Part shown: piece after piece, positions 1 through 11,759 of the stretch | Numbering within the stretch: the stretch's first letter is position 1 | Layout: every line of letters begins with the position of its first letter | Assembly (NCBI GenBank): GCA_050273025.1 | Contig: CP158635.1 | Location: forward strand, 11,594,001-11,658,000 | Length of the DNA stretch: 64,000 bases | DNA from: Cenococcum geophilum | Taxonomy: Eukaryota | Direction of reading: 5' to 3' | Translations under genes and position numbers: made by a program | The notes under the pieces: generated by a model | What the model was told of the DNA's origin: nothing | The model's database searches: none | What the model saw: the letters and a program-made list of their open reading frames with translations, nothing else

Positions 1-411
1 TCCTTAAGCCTCTATTACGACCTTCCTTAAGCCTCTATTACGACCTTTATCTTATTCTTCTATTCTAGCATCCGGATAACCTTTTTGGTAGTAATAAAGT
101 TTAAAAATGGCTTGCTTTTGTCCCGGGTGACTTATAGAAGTTAGAAATAGGCCCTTAGATGTGTTGATTACGCTGTTAAAACGGATATTAATGGCGGTAG
201 TTATAGGTGAGGTTTCTGAGTTTGGATGAATATTAGGTCTTAGCGCGATTATAAGGGACTTTAGATGGCTTTGCAGATTTAAGTATAAAGACGTTTATCT
301 GCGCCTATTGTAAGTTAATACCATCTATAGCACTTTTTATACTAAATTTGTATATTCCTATAATAAGTTCTAACTAAAATCTTTCAGATTCTATTCTTAA
401 AGGTATCCACT

Positions 412-560
412 ATGCCATTTCCTGGGTATGATCCTTCCCGTACGGAAGGAACTCTAGAACCTACTTTACCTGATCCTTTTAGAGCTCTACTACGCCTTCC
501 TAGCTTCTTTAGCTTCTTTAACTTCTTTAGTAATATAACTGTGCCAAATACTCCCTTTGC
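412..560 (+). pseudogene. 5' part of a Tc1-like transposase ORF, split by LTR element A1
   Basis: ATG at 412. Removing 561-8590 and one TTTGC copy continues the frame (CCC TTT GCT CGC TCT...) into the Tc1 HTH and DDE region. Confidence 0.7.
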
Positions 561-986
561 TGTTACGGACGCTTTAAGTACGATGTTACGACTACTTGGG
601 GAAGAGTCGGAAGAAGCTAGTTGGTTAATATAAGCACGGTCCAGGATGGAACCCGTGGAACCATGTAATAAGGAATAGTAGCCGAAGTCACATAAGGTAC
701 TACGTAAGGAACGTAAGGAACAAAGGGAACTCACGTACCTTATGTATAAGACGTACATCACGTATAAGAAGGATTTCTTAGGAGTACGGTTGTGTATTTA
801 AGGACCCTTAGTCCCTACCTAGATAGTTCCTTCCTTATAGTAATTCTTAGAATACAATTAAAGTTAATCTATTGGGCAACTACTCCGCCAGTTATTATTA
901 CACTATTAACTACTGTCTTTGCATTTCCTATATACCTAGCCTATTAATAGAACCCATTGTAGTTCCTGCTATAAGGTTCTGTTATA
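561..986 (+). repeat. 5' LTR of A1
   Basis: Direct repeat of 8165-8590. Starts TGTTACGG and ends GTTATA (RIP of GTTACA). Confidence 0.96.
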
Positions 987-1031
987 TAATTACTACCTAG
1001 TTACGGTATTAAATACAGAAAGTTAAATAGT

Positions 1032-4000
1032 ATGCCACTAAAAGCAGCCACTATAACGCCATTGACGGCGGTAACTACTTTAAGGTTAGGGGGTAACACT
1101 AGTATAGCGGACACTAACTCGCAACAACCTATAACGGTAGGACAATTATAAGAAATAGTGATTGATTAATAGAAAACAATATAATACTTAAAAATAGGCT
1201 TAATGGAATTGGAGCAGCAAAGGTTAAGTTACCATTAATTAAATAATTCTTAGGAGAGAGATTGAAGCTTAAAGGATTTCTAACGCAGATGCATTTTAAA
1301 GTTATATAAAAAGGGGCCAAGTTAGCTATAATAATGGATTAGATAGCCTACGCAGGACTATTCCTAACGGGTTGGGCACTTAAATGGTTTAAACCCTACT
1401 TAACAGAAATACAGACTAATGGAATAACTACTACTAATTAAAAGGTATGATTTGTATTTTCTAGCTAGGTAGGATTTGCGGAGCAATTAACATAGATATT
1501 TAGGGACCCAGAAGCAATGGTTATAGTAAAAAGGAAGCTTTAGGACCTAATATAGCGAACTTTAGCAATTAAGTATATAATATAGTTTTAAATACTTATA
1601 ATATAAGTTAAGTAGAATAATAAGGCACTTATAGCATAGTATAAATAAGGACTTAAGGCTAAAGTCTAAGACGTAATTATTCTAATAGAAGATACGGACA
1701 CCTTAAGGAAATTAATAGATTAAGCAATTAAGATTAATAATAGGATCTTCTAAAGGGAACAGGCTAAGAGAGGCTAAGATAGAGTTTTATAGTTGTATAA
1801 AACGCAGAGCACGCAACAACTAAAGCTAAATTAGAAACTATGGTATGGCGCAGAGCTAATAGACCTAAGTAGTACTAAAGAAGCCTATAAAAGATAGAGT
1901 AGGAAACTATAGAAACCTAAAGGTTAAGAATTTAGTGATTATAGGACTAAGGAGTAGAGGCCAAACCAGGGATCTTAATAGTAGAAGATGTTTAGGCGGA
2001 CTCTATAACAAAGTTAATAGTTTAGAAACGGAGCTTATATAAATTGCGGAAAATAGGGTTACTTTATAAGGGATTATAAAGATAGTTAGAGTTACTATAT
2101 AATAAAGGGAACTAGACTAATAGTATGTAACATATACGTATAGAGGGATAATAGTGTACTGCGAGAAATAAAAGAGTATTTAATTAACAGTTTTGCGTTT
2201 TGTTATAATAACGCATGCCAAATTTATAAAGACGCTAAATACGGTGTAAGCTATTGGCTATAAGAGCCAGAGTTAAAAGGACTTAGAGGAACTAAAAAGT
2301 TAAATAAAGAATAAGATTAACTCTATAAGCTAGATTAAGATATTACAGTAATATATGGATAATAATTAGTAATAATAATAATAGAGTTGGAGTACTTATT
2401 AATTAACAGTAATGAGGGTAGTAAAGGAACTAACTAGGGGTATCTAAACCTTAATAACGCAATAAAAGTAGAGACTAAGACCGCTATAGAGCAAGGTTTA
2501 GTAACGGGTATTATAACACCATTAGATACGGCATCTATCGCTTTATAAGACGGACGGAGTAATATCTAGAGATAATTAAGTAAGTAGACGACTGCTAGTG
2601 CTAGCTTACCACTTAATAAAGGCAAAAGGCTAAAGGCTTAAGATTCTTAAGACGAGATAAGAGATAACTAAGATTCTTAAGACGAGATAAGGCAAGCTTA
2701 AAGACCTATAATAGATAGAAACCGATAGAGCAGAGCAGTAGCTTAGTTTAAAGATATACGAATGAGCTCGGGATAAGAATTCCCAACGGCATAAGACTCT
2801 TAAGACAAGATAAGTAAGATTTAGAACTCTTAAGATAAGATAAGGACACTAGTTAAGCCTAGTTGGACTAAGGCTAAAGCTAAGCTTAAGTTAGAAGTAA
2901 GCTTAGGATTAAAGAATCTAAGGGGTTAAGAATTTGGAGCGTAAATTAGGACACCTATAAGCAAGAGGTAAGAAGCTTTTTTATAGATTAGAGAATCTAT
3001 AGCGCAAATAGTAATTAGACTAGGAGACAGATATATAGACCTAAAGGACTTACTAGGGGAATATAGTATTTAGCCTAAAGATTAAAAAGTTAATACTAAG
3101 ATTAAGAAGTATAAAGACTTTAGGGATCTACTTATAAGACGCGACGTAAAAGAAACTATAAAGGAATTTAAAGTAAGAATTACCTTATAGCAAGAATAGA
3201 AACTAGATAAGAGATCTAGTATATTAGGACGTATAAAGGATAGAGCGCTAGTATAAAGAATTACTAATAGGCCTAAGGTAGGCATACTAAGAGCTAAGTA
3301 GCTTACTAAACTAGAACAAGAAGAGGATCTAGGGATTCCTACTAGGTTTAAAGAATGACACACTAAAGGCTATTATAACGCAGTAATAAAGAGATATTTC
3401 CTTACGGACAAGCCATATATACTTAAGCAGCTATACTAAAAGTAGTATAGGCAACGACATAACGATAAGTAGGAAGATTTCTATATGTGGTTAAACGAAA
3501 AAGTTATTTAAGACCACCCAATTACAGAGAAGGCTATAACTTATATTAAGGGGGCCTTAATTATAATATTAAAGGATCTAGAGGAGTAATTAGAGGACTA
3601 GAGAAGCGAAAGACGAATCTTAGTACCCGCGAATAAAGTTATAACGCTTAGATTAACATAAGAAAGGTTTAAACTTAAGGACGAAGACAAGCCAAGAGTT
3701 AACCTAAGACATTAAGCATATTATACACTATCGTGGATAGTATACGTAGATAATGCGTGTAACATGCATAAAGCACTAAAGGATAAAAATTAAAAGTATC
3801 TAATAAGGATATATTAGATGACGAATAAGGCGAAGTATTAAAACGCCAAGTATATGCATAGTTAGCACTTAGTAGAAGTTTAAGAATAAGGGGACTTAAT
3901 ACTTTAACTAGGAAGATTCCTTACGGAAGAATACCTAAATAAATAATAATGGTGGGAATGTTTAGAGAACACCTATCTATAGTACATTAAAGATAAAAAG

Positions 4001-4096
4001 CGAACTAAGTATTAGCCTAAGTTAGACCAAGTATAAATAGGATCTAGTAGCCAGTAGTTAGGAAAAGTAGAGGCCTATAGGACTAGAGGGAGCTAG
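1032..4096 (+). pseudogene. gag: Long gag of A1 (~1020 codons) with CCHC knuckle and three C-x4-C-x2-H motifs
   Basis: ATG 1032 (MPLKAAT...); EPMDL-like motif ~1853; knuckle ~2036-2077 (de-RIP CINCGKQGHFARDC); further motifs ~2201, ~3734 and ~3950 in the same frame; slippery site at 4060-4066 (GGGAAAA in copy A2). Confidence 0.85.
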
Positions 4097-7000
4097 TAAT
4101 AGAGCCTTAGACCCTTAAAGGAATTTAAGAACAACACCTAAATTTATAAGTTAAATAGCAAGATTAATAGTTTAAGGCATTAATAGATAGTAGAGTAATA
4201 AGGAACCATATCTCACTAGTAATAGTTAAAAGAATAGGATTACCGCATAGATAGAAGGAATGTCCTTACCTATTAGTGATAATTTTAGGAGATCTAATAG
4301 CCTACGGAGAAGGTATTATTAATCTTAAAATAGGACCTATTTAGTTAACTATTAAAGGAAGACAAGTTAAGATATCTTTCGATATATTACTATTAGGAAA
4401 TAATAAGGCAGTATTAAGAATGCCTTAGTTATAGGAATACAACCCAAGGATTAATTGGATTACAGGTTAGGTTAATATTAGGGATACTTAATGCCGTAAA
4501 ATATAATAATAAGCTAAGTTAGTATGGTACTAAGTAGGAGCAACCTATAAAGAAACGGAAAAAGGACTAAGCTATATACTAAAGAAATACCGTAAGTATG
4601 GTAAGAAACTATAGTTACCTAAGAGTAAAAAGCTATTAGAGTATATAGTATAGGACTATAAAATAGAATTAGAACTAGGAATAAGTCTAAGATTCTTTCT
4701 AATCTATAAGCTTACTAAAGAAGAAGGTAGAGTACTAAAAGAGTTTATTTAAGAGAACTTATAAAAGGGATACATTAGACTATTACAGTTATTAGCAGGT
4801 TATCCAGTACTATTTATACCAAAAAAAATAGTAAACTAAGGCTGTGTATCAACTATAGATAGTTAAATAGTATTACTAGAAAGGATAGGTATCCTTTACC
4901 CTTAATTAGCGAAATCTAAGATAGGATTGGTAATGCGTAAATCTTTACGAAGATAGATCTAAGATAGGCGTACTATTAGATTAAGATTAAGGAAGGCGAT
5001 AAATAGAAGGCAGCCTTTAGGTTAAAGGAAGGACTATATAAACCATTAGTTATGTAATTTAGGCTTATAAACGCACTAGTAATATTCTAGAAGCGTATTA
5101 ATAATATATTAAGAGAACATTTAGATAAATTTATTATAGTATACCTTAATGATATTATTATCTACTTAATAAATAAGGAAGAGTACGGAGAATACGTTAA
5201 ATGGGTTTTAAAGAGACTATAAGAAGAATAAATGCTAGTAGTAATTAAGAAATGCGAGTTCTTTATTAGAAAGACTAATTTCGTTAAATTTATTATTAAA
5301 CTAGGCTAATTTAGCATAGATCCAAAAAAGATTAAGGCTATAGTGAATTGGCAAGAACTAGAGAATATTACGCAATTAAGATTATTCCTAAGGTTTTGTA
5401 ATTACTATAGAAGGTTTATAGCGCAATAGTTAAAGGATATTAAACTATTTACGTAATTAATAAAAAAGGAAGAACTATAGGCATAGGGAGAGGAACAGCG
5501 AGAACTCTTTAAAAAAGTTAAAGAGTTGTTTACCTAGGAGCTAGTTCTTAAAATCTATTAACTAGGACTAGAGACGGTTATAGAAATAGATATATTAGAC
5601 TTTATACTAGGAGCATATTTTATATAGAGGTATCTAGATAAATAGCATCTAGTAGTATATTATAGTCGGAAGATAATACCACTAGAGTTAAACTATAACA
5701 TCTATAATAAGGAGTTGTTAGGTATAGTTATAGCACTAAAGAAATAGAGAGTATTCTTATAAGGTATAGAAAAACTATTTATAGTTAAAACGGATTATAA
5801 GAACCTAATAGGATTCCTAATAATAAAGGAACTTAACTAAAAATAGGTTAGATGGGTAGAGATACTTGCAGAATACTATTTTAAGATTTAGTATATTAAG
5901 GGTATAGACAACACGTAAGCCGATATGTTAAGTTAAAAGGCTAAACTATAAAATAACGATAAGCCATTAGGGGCTTTACTGCGAAAAGATATAGATGGAC
6001 TAATTAGGTATAATTATCTAAAAATTATAATAACTTAAGAGAATAAGTTAGGAAAAGTCTATAAAATACTAGAAAGCTTTTAGGTATAAAGAATTCTAGA
6101 AGCACAGCTAGAAGATCTATAATTAGATATATACGAAAATTAAAAGGTAAAGTATATCCTAAGAAGCATAGCAGAGTAGTTTATAGAGGACTTCTATAAG
6201 GGACTAACTTAAGAATATAATGGAGCTATGGGCTTAGTGTTAAGACTCTAAGAGGAGTATATTATTAATAAAATCTAAAGGATAGCTAGGAAGGTCACTA
6301 AGGAGTATTTAAATTACTAAAGGAATAAACTAATAAGGTATAAGCCGTATAGGGGGCTATAACCTATTAAAACACTAGAGAGACTATAGGAGGTCATATT
6401 ATAGAACTTTATTATTAATTTACTAAAATTAAGAGATCCTATTACCGGATGAGATTATAACGCAATCTTAGTAATAGTAGATAAGCTTATAAAGTAGGGA
6501 TACTTTATAGCCTATACGGAAGAAATATTAGTAGAAGATATCGCTAGAATCTATATTAAAGAAGTATTTGCAAGATATGGAGCACTAAGTAAGATTATAT
6601 CGGATAGAGATCTAAGATTTATAGTAGTATTTTAGGAGGTATTTTTAGTGGAATAAGGAGTTTAAGTAGTAACTTCCACCGCATATTATCCGCAGACAGA
6701 CGGTTAAACGGAAAGATTAAATTAGATACTAGAGCAGTATCTAAAATATTATATTAATTACGCACAGAATAATTAGGTATCGCTATTACCAGTTACACAG
6801 TTTATATATAATGTAACACTATAAGAAGGAATGGGTACGTTACTATTTAAGGCGAATTATGGATATAAGCTAAGAATATTATTATTGCTATGCTAAGTAA
6901 AGAAAACGAGTAGTAAAGCTAAGTAAAGAATAGAGACTTTAATAAATCTTTATATAAACCTTACGGAAATAGCTAAGGTGGTACAGCAAAGAATGAAAAA

Positions 7001-7488
7001 ATACTATAATGCTAAGAGATCTAAGGGACCAGATTTTAAGGAGGGAGATAAAGTATAGCTACTATATAAAAATTTTAAAAGTTAATAACTAAGTAAGAAG
7101 TTAGACCATATTAGACTAGGACCTTTTAAAATTATATAGAGGATTTCACCGATTATATTTAAGTTAAACCTACTAGCTAAAATAAAGATCTACCCTATAT
7201 AGCATATTGCAATACTAGAGCCAGTATATAGGAATATTAAGCTACTAGTCTATAAGGCAGACACGTATAGAGGACAGGAAGAAGATAAATGGCAAGTTTT
7301 AAGGATTATTAGTTATAAGGACATTAACAACAAAATATAGTATAAAGTAAAGTAGATAGGCTATACCAAGACTACCTAGGAGCTACTAGAGAATTTAAAG
7401 AATGCTATAGGAAAGGTATAGAAGTATTGGAAGAAAATAGGTTAGGCAATATTAATAAAGAAGGATTATTAAAGAATAAGTTACCTAA
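4060..7488 (+). pseudogene. pol: pol of A1 (PR-RT-RNaseH-IN-chromodomain) in the -1 frame relative to gag
   Basis: LIDS 4180; VYLNDII (YLDD) ~5140; YNIYNKELL (YDIHDKELL) ~5694; IISDRD ~6595; AYYPQTDG*TERLN 6681; chromodomain ~7281-7406. The 3' end is approximate. Confidence 0.93.
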
Positions 7489-8056
7489 GGGGGACCCAGG
7501 AAGAGCGACTGCTAAACTACTTAGAGTTGTTCCCCTTACTATAGGAAGAAAGTTAGTTCTCTTATTACCTAGTTCCTACAGACCCTATTCTATAAGTTTT
7601 TACTTCTTAAAATAAACCTTCTTACGCACCTTCTTAAGACGAAGTAGACGGGCAGACGCCGCAATGTAAGTATTTAGGGCCTTCTATTCCGTATCCTAAG
7701 AACGCTTAAGCTTAGCAAGGGCCTATACTAGGTTACTATTAAGCTTTGCAGCAGTAGATTAAACACGAAACCCTATAACAAATTACTTAGGGAACTTAAA
7801 AACTATTAAGAGTTATAGGACGCGTATACTTAGCGTTAGAAGTAGAGCGAATATTGTAAGACGATTAAACGTTTGCTTTAGTGCACTCTAAATAAAAGGA
7901 AGGTTGCTAAGATAAAGGACTTACTAACGTAATATATACTAACCCCTCTTTTAAGCAACAAGAACATAGAGATAGTATTATTTTACTAAGCGATAATATT
8001 GCAGCAATAGTGCAAGCACGACGTTGCGTGTGTAAAGAAGAAGAAGCTTTAGGTAT
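7372..8056 (-). pseudogene. Antisense intron-containing ORF of A1: putative Zn(II)2Cys6 plus coiled-coil protein
   Basis: Homologous to 32166-32847, 49098-49802 and 60338-61043. De-RIP consensus is C-x2-C-x6-C-x13-C-x2-C-x8-C, a ~55-nt intron, then ARLLRLEKVRKKVRSKEQKLIEQGLQEL. Confidence 0.7.
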
Positions 8057-8164
8057 TATAAGTAACAATATTAACCAAATTAATTAGACAGATATTACAC
8101 CTCTAGTAAATAACTTAGAGATATTAGGTATCTTTAAGAATGAAGATAAAAAGGAGGGAGATGG

Positions 8165-8590
8165 TGTTACGGACGCTTTAAGTACAATATTATAACTACT
8201 TAGGGAAGAGTTAAAAGAAGCTAGTTAGTTAATATAAGCATAGTCTAAAATAGAACCCATAGAACTATATAATAAGGAATAGTAGCCGAAGTTATATAAG
8301 GTGCTACGTAAGGAACGTAAGGAATAAAGGGAACTTATGTACCTTATATATAAGACGTACATCACGTATAAGAAGGATTTTTTAGGAGTACGGTTGTATA
8401 TTTAAGGACCCTTAATCCCTACCTAGATAGTTCCTTCCTTGTAGTAATTCTTAGAATATAATTAGAGTTAATCTGTTGGGCAACCACTCCGCTAGTTGTT
8501 ATTACACTGTTAACTACTGTCTTTGCATTTCCTATATACCTAGCCCATTGACAGAACCCATCGTAGTTCCTACTACAAGGTTCCGTTACA
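8165..8590 (+). repeat. 3' LTR of A1
   Basis: TGTTACGG...CCGTTACA, preceded by a polypurine tract and followed by the TSD. Confidence 0.96.
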
Positions 8591-9814
8591 TTTGCTCGCT
8601 CTACTGTATCTAATCCTACTTTAACGCCTACTACCCTAAACCGTCGCATTTGTTAAGCAATTGCTTGTTTTAATCAACGGGAAAGACGCAAGGAATAGGA
8701 ATGGGAGGAGCGAGCTGTAGAATGTATTTAATGTCGCTAATAGCTTAAGGAAAGCAACGCTTGAGCGCTTGTTCCTTACTCCCTAAGATATATAATTAAA
8801 GGCCTCTATCGCTACCTTTGGGAACCTATCTCTCGTATTACTGCATTAGTTAAGTAACCATATTCTACTGTCTACCGTATTGTTAATAAAGCGCATACTT
8901 TAACGCGTAGAGGCTACCGCAACGCCCTTATATACGGCTCGCCAATTTAACGTCGTCTAGTTAATTTCCTAGAGTTGAATACTTGGGCGCGTCGTCTTAC
9001 CTACTTGGAGCTTTCCTTCTACGTAGGAGTACCTTGTTCTGATTCTATAGTTGCTTAATATCTTAAGAAGGAAGGCTTCTAATAATACGTCGCCTAAGCC
9101 AAACCCTGGCTTACTATAGCTCACTACCGCGCCCAATTGGCGTTTGCATTGGCTTACCATTACTTTTAAGTTAAGAATTGGTAGAGAGTTATATAGATAG
9201 ATAAGGCAGCTATATACCGCAGTAGCTACTAGCGACTCTATGTTATTAGAAGACCTAATGAATAATTTAATCCTACCTGCCTTTGTCCTAAATTTAGTAA
9301 TATACCTTATATAATAGTATAGGCTGCATTTTACGGTGTAGAAAAGGGCCCTCTACTATTCTAGAATAAGGAAGAATAGGGTAATATTACCGCTTAAGGC
9401 TTTCTAGATTATATCTATCTAAAGCTTAAAAAGTTCTATAACTTCTATAATATTAAGTACGCTGTATATTTCCCTAATTACAAATTTGGAACTACTCCAA
9501 CAATTATATAAATAGATAACGCTCCCTGCTATAAAGCTTGTATTACCATTGCTTAATTCTAGGAAGACGATATTAAGTTACTTAAGTGGCTAGCAAACAG
9601 CCTAGATCTTAACCCAATTAAGGGCGTTTGGAATTAGATAAAGGCTTAAATAGCTTAGTAGAAGCCTCGCCTAACCTTAAAAGAAGTAATGTAGGCAGTA
9701 ATTTAATCTATATAGGAGAACCTAGAGGCTTACTACTTTGAGAACCTAGTTGCTTCTATACCTACACGCCTATAGGCAGTAATTAAAGTAGAAGGGGGAC
9801 CTACTAAGTAGTAG
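8591..9814 (+). pseudogene. Tc1-like DD34E transposase, main part, RIP-mutated
   Basis: AKPWLT; W*RVI*IDK (WTDE) ~9200; IDNAPCY at 9512; WLANSLDLNPIKGVW (WPANSPDLNPIEGVW) with 34 residues between D and E; C-terminus ...AVIKVEGGPTK. Confidence 0.92.
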
Positions 9815-10245
9815 AAGATAGGAGAAAGCTTAGAGGAAGATTAGGGGCTTAGAGGAGACATTTAGACACTCGTTTAATTGCTAAGCGTTGATTTAAACAC
9901 TCATTTGGCTACTGTGACTTTAGAAATATTCGTATATAGGTAATCTACCATACAATTATTGATTTTAAAAAGCTTCACATATTTTTGATATTAAGGTATT
10001 ATGAAGCTCGCTGCCAAGACGGGGAACCTCATACTAATCCGTATGAGGGTCTCCGCCCGAGAGGCGTCACTAGTAAGGCGCTAACCACCGGATGCGCCTG
10101 GGTGCTGTAGATGTGCGTTGTTTTCAAAGCGGTGTTCCCGCACGGACTTACTCGGTGGATCCTGACGTGCCACGCGAGTGACAAAAAAATTGAGAATGCA
10201 AGCGAGAGGAACGTGGTTAACGGGGTTTTGACCGCTCCCTAGTTA

Positions 10246-11635
10246 CAGTGATGTGCACGACCAGCTTCACCCCCCCTCCTTAGCGAGTTGCAGATTCGGT
10301 ACGCGCATCCAATTTCGTCTGGTTGCCACCAGCTGTACATAGTAATTGTAGCGAAGCCGTATGCTTGGCTACAAGAACATTACTTCTGGCGGCCTTCCTC
10401 CGCAGTGTCGTGATCTTTGTCAAATATCGTGAGGCTTCCACCCGTACGATATTGCCAAATTTCGTCAACCTCTCTGCAGAGACAGCGTTGTATTCGCGTT
10501 TTGGCGGGCATAATGGAGGCATAGTTAAAGGGGAGAAGAGGAAGCGTCGTCTTCTTAATTCTCCTGGCCAACCAAGGCGATTCTCCAGGGCAACCAAAAA
10601 GGACCTTGCGTGCAGCCACAGCCGTTCGCTACAATTACTATGTACAGCTGGTGGCAACCAGGCGAAATTGGATGCGCGTACCGAATCTGCAACTGCCCCC
10701 TTTGGCGAGCGCTCCAAAATTTTAAATTCGGTACGCGCATCCAATCTCGCCTGGTTGCCACCAACTGTACATAGTAATTGTAGCGAAGCCTATATCTAGT
10801 GGATAGAGTAGAATACTGTTAATATTCGATAAATGTTCGACTCATTTAAGCCGTATGCTTGGCTGCAAGAACCTTCGCAATCCCGCAGTGTCGTGATCTT
10901 CATCAAATATCGTGAGGCTTCCACCTGTATGATATTGCCAAATTTCATCGACCTCTCTGCAGAGACAGCGTTGTATTCGCATTTTGGCGGCCACAAGGGA
11001 GGCGTAGTTACGGGGGAGAAGGGGGAGAAGAGGAAGCGTACGTCTTCAATTTGATTCCCCTGGCCAACCAAGGCGAATCTCCAGGGCAACCAAAAGGGTC
11101 CTTGCGCGTAGCTACAGCCGTTCGCTACAATTACAAGCGAGACTGGATACGCGTAGCGAATTTGAAATTTTACTGATGACCGATTTGAAAAAAAAAATTA
11201 TTTCGCTTCGGTACGCGGGCTCGCTAGCAATCGTAGCGAACGCCCATGCTTGGCTGCAAGAACTTTACTTCTGGCAGACTTCGCGATCGGCTTTCCTCTG
11301 CAGTGTCGTGATCTTTGTTAAATATCGTGAGGTTCCCACCAGTACGATATCACCAAATTTCATCAGCAACTGCAGGAACAGCTTTGTATTCGCGTTTTGG
11401 CGGCACAGCGGGGGGGGCGCAGTTAAGGGGGAGGGGAGGGCGCGTGCGTCCTCAGGTTGGTTCTCCTGGCCAACCAAGGTGATTCTCCAGGGCAACCAAA
11501 AAGGTCCTTGCGTGCAGGCACATGCGTTCGCTACAATTACTATATACAGTTGGTGGCGATTTAGCGAGCCCGCATACCGAAGCGAAATAATAATTTTTCC
11601 AGAGGGGGGGTGGAAGCTGGTCGTGCACATCACTG
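10246..11635. mobile_element. Non-autonomous Tc1/mariner-type foldback element (1390 bp) made of three IR-flanked units
   Basis: TA at 10244-45 and 11636-37; ~33-bp TIRs CAGTGATGTGCACGACCAGCTTC(C)ACCCCCC; repeated core starting at 10403, 10886 and 11301; 70-bp internal IR at 10286-10355 and 10625-10694. Confidence 0.88.
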
Positions 11636-11759
11636 TACAGTAAAACCTCGCTACACCGTTCAGCTCGGGAGTAGGGGGTTTGAACGTTATGCCGTATGGA
11701 AACATTATATTGCGAGCTCACTTATTAATCGCTGCAAGGGGCTAAATCAAGTCTTCTCT

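Larger units (their letters stand above)
561..8590 (+). mobile_element. Ty3/Gypsy chromovirus, family A copy 1, full length, RIP-inactivated
   Basis: 426-bp LTRs at 561-986 and 8165-8590; TSD TTTGC at 556-560 and 8591-8595; PPT ~8140-8164; domain order gag-PR-RT-RH-IN-chromodomain. Confidence 0.97.

Noticed and set aside
1..411. 23-bp tandem duplication (1-46) and a possible minus-strand ORF remnant
   Set aside because: It is cut off by the window edge and too degraded; no motif or TIR could be supported.
384..761. 125-aa minus-strand ORF and similar LTR-derived ORFs (8419-8649, 45928-46137)
   Set aside because: They read through LTR sequence and insertion junctions, so they are chance open frames.
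3082..3363. Recurrent antisense ORF within gag (also 43408-43611 and 53719-53940)
   Set aside because: It is a shadow frame of the purine-rich gag strand with variable ends and no motif, unlike the 3' antisense ORF.
561..8590. Dating insertions from LTR-LTR divergence
   Set aside because: The differences are mostly RIP transitions, so a molecular clock does not apply.
10280..11721. Cluster of overlapping 70-158 aa ORFs on both strands
   Set aside because: They come from GC-rich inverted and tandem repeats of the foldback element. Frames differ between units and no domain is recognisable.
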